A stretch of 64,000 bases of DNA from Octopus bimaculoides (lineage: Eukaryota), in NCBI RefSeq assembly GCF_001194135.2, contig NC_068992.1, forward strand, positions 16,399,960-16,463,959, read 5' to 3'. The position numbers and the translations under genes were made by a program. This document shows positions 63,551-64,000 of the stretch, piece by piece; within the stretch, counting starts at the first letter, position 1; each line of letters begins with the position of its first letter. The notes under the pieces were generated by a model that was not told the DNA's origin, ran no database searches, and saw only the letters and a list, made by a program, of their open reading frames with translations.

Positions 63551-64000
63551 TGTATGTTGTATCTTCTGGTTAACGATCCTACTAAATAGTTCCTTACAGA
63601 TGCAACTCTACTGTAATAGGGAATTTGCGAGTTAATTTCAGTTTTAATTTTCTTCATAGATCTTGTTTCAGCCGTTATATTGGAGGAAAGAATTAATCTA
63701 CATTTTATATTGATTGCTACCAGTTTATTATGCAGGAAGCCAGCTCAAGCAGCAATTTGATTTGTATACCGTAATTGAAGGCTTTCTCATCAGATGCAAA
63801 ATATAAATGGATATCTATAGAGGGAGTCAAAATACATGAGCTTCATTGCAGAGTTTGTGTAAGTGCTATGAAATGAGTGAACTCGAAGTAAAAGTCGATA
63901 ATAATAAAGCAGTAAGTAGCTATACAGAAATAAGAAGAGAGCAATTCTGATCAGAATAACGATAACTCAGTCAAAAGATTGCCTTTTAGGCATGTTAGGA

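Overview
This is AT-rich, gap-riddled eukaryotic DNA dominated by di- and trinucleotide microsatellites and transposon debris. The SINE families and repeat load suggest a cephalopod, probably Octopus, but that is inference. I recognise no intact protein-coding gene: nearly all long ORFs in the track are translations of microsatellites or N-gaps. Supported content: (1) four tRNA-derived SINE families, here called A-D; (2) several fragments of R4/Dong-like non-LTR retrotransposons, mostly next to (TAA)n; (3) Penelope-like element (PLE) relics; (4) relics of pogo/Tigger, mariner and Chapaev-like transposases, a 761-bp Merlin-like MITE with TIRs and an 8-bp TSD, and a non-autonomous Helitron 3' end; (5) weakly supported plus-strand micro-exon candidates. 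The most interesting signal is two unrelated ~200-230 bp fold-back elements (38413-38618 and 49768-49993). Each carries a degenerate minimal type I hammerhead ribozyme motif and lies in a neighbourhood of PLE relics, which suggests a PLE- or retrozyme-like non-autonomous RNA element system. All family assignments come from reading motifs by eye; no searches or folding programs were run.
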